A stretch of DNA of 64,000 nucleotides, from NCBI GenBank assembly GCA_024690885.1, contig JAILOI010000010.1, positions 1,830-65,829 on the forward strand, read 5' to 3'. The stretch is from Lachnospiraceae bacterium (GTDB lineage Bacteria; Bacillota; Clostridia; Lachnospirales; Lachnospiraceae). Shown here one piece after another: positions 63,214-64,000 of the stretch. How positions within the stretch are numbered: position 1 is the stretch's first letter; each line of letters opens with the position of its first letter. The notes beneath the pieces were generated by a model. The model was not told the origin of the DNA and ran no database searches. It saw only the letters and a program-made list of their open reading frames with translations. The position numbers were made by a program, and so were the translations under genes.

Positions 63214-64000
63214 TTACATCATGCCCATTCCAGGTGCACCGCCGGCCGGCATCGGAGGCTGTGGCTCCTTGATGTCTGCAACAACGGACTCTGTGGTAAG
63301 AAGTGTAGATGCAACGGAGCAAGCGTTCTGCAATGCAGTTCTTGTAACCTTCACCGGATCAAGAATTCCGCTCTCTACCATGTCACAATACTCTTCCTTA
63401 TATGCATCAAATCCGAATCCAACTTCAGATTCCTTCACCTTGTTGATGATGACAGATCCCTCAAGACCTGCATTTGCGGAGATGTAGAACAATGGAGCCT
63501 CCAATGCCTTCAAGATGACATTGGCACCGGTCTTCTCATCACCCTCTAAAGTCTCAGCAAGTTTTGCAACTTCCTTGGTTGCATGAATGTAAGCAGATCC
63601 ACCACCGGAGATGATGCCCTCTTCTACGGCAGCACGGGTTGCATTCAATGCATCTTCCATACGAAGCTTGGATTCCTTCATCTCAGTTTCGGTTGCAGCA
63701 CCTACACGGATAACAGCAACGCCACCTGCCAACTTCGCAAGACGCTCCTGTAACTTCTCCTTATCGAACTCAGAAGTGGTCTCCTCAATCTGTCCACGAA
63801 TCTGAGAAACACGAGCAGCGATTGCATCCTTGTCTCCACAACCGTCAACGATTACGGTGTTCTCCTTCTGAACCTTGACGCTCTTAGCACGACCAAGCTG
63901 ATCCATGGTAGCGTCCTTCAATTCCAAACCAACCTCTTCGGAAATTACGGTACCACCGGTCAAGATTGCGATATCCTGTAACATCTCCTTACGACGATCG
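63214..64000 (-). CDS. groL: Chaperonin GroEL, 3' part (starts beyond window)
   Basis: [44 protein letters not shown] tail. Confidence 0.98.
   Translation of the reverse strand, partial: DRRKEMLQDIAILTGGTVISEEVGLELKDATMDQLGRAKSVKVQKENTVIVDGCGDKDAIAARVSQIRGQIEETTSEFDKEKLQERLAKLAGGVAVIRVGAATETEMKESKLRMEDALNATRAAVEEGIISGGGSAYIHATKEVAKLAETLEGDEKTGANVILKALEAPLFYISANAGLEGSVIINKVKESEVGFGFDAYKEEYCDMVESGILDPVKVTRTALQNACSVASTLLTTESVVADIKEPQPPMPAGGAPGMGMM

Overview
A 64 kb core-genome window from a low-GC Gram-positive clostridial bacterium, Lachnospiraceae-like by gene content and protein style (an inference). About 50 CDSs are present, and all but three (tyrA, aroA and a small membrane protein) lie on the minus strand. 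The housekeeping set includes mutL/mutS, phoH-HD-ybeY, pdp, rlmH, fhs, ftsK, glgA, yebC, a rex-nnrD operon, ABC-F, icd, leuS, an EF-G paralog next to a GGDEF-EAL gene, sfsA, a five-gene glycerol operon, gdhA, purCFB, gpmI, thrS with a Thr T-box, a Gld-like ABC transporter, purA, degV and the 3' part of groEL. I saw no CRISPR array, IS/prophage, rRNA or tRNA, and no large new multi-gene system that I can support. The best leads are small-scale. (i) A candidate C-rich sRNA lies downstream of the glp operon, with a seed complementary to the glpK leader. (ii) gdhA has a two-promoter leader with an ANTAR-like hairpin overlapping a terminator and a TGTNA-N7-TNACA box. (iii) Several proteins carry degenerate catalytic motifs: a PgpH-like HD protein (HD->YR), an EF-G paralog (no catalytic His, TEMD in place of NKxD) coupled to a GGDQF-EAL protein, and a LeuRS with KMGKR in place of KMSKS and no T-box. 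(iv) rex has a Rex box over its own promoter. All motif and RNA-structure calls were made by eye and need computational or experimental confirmation.
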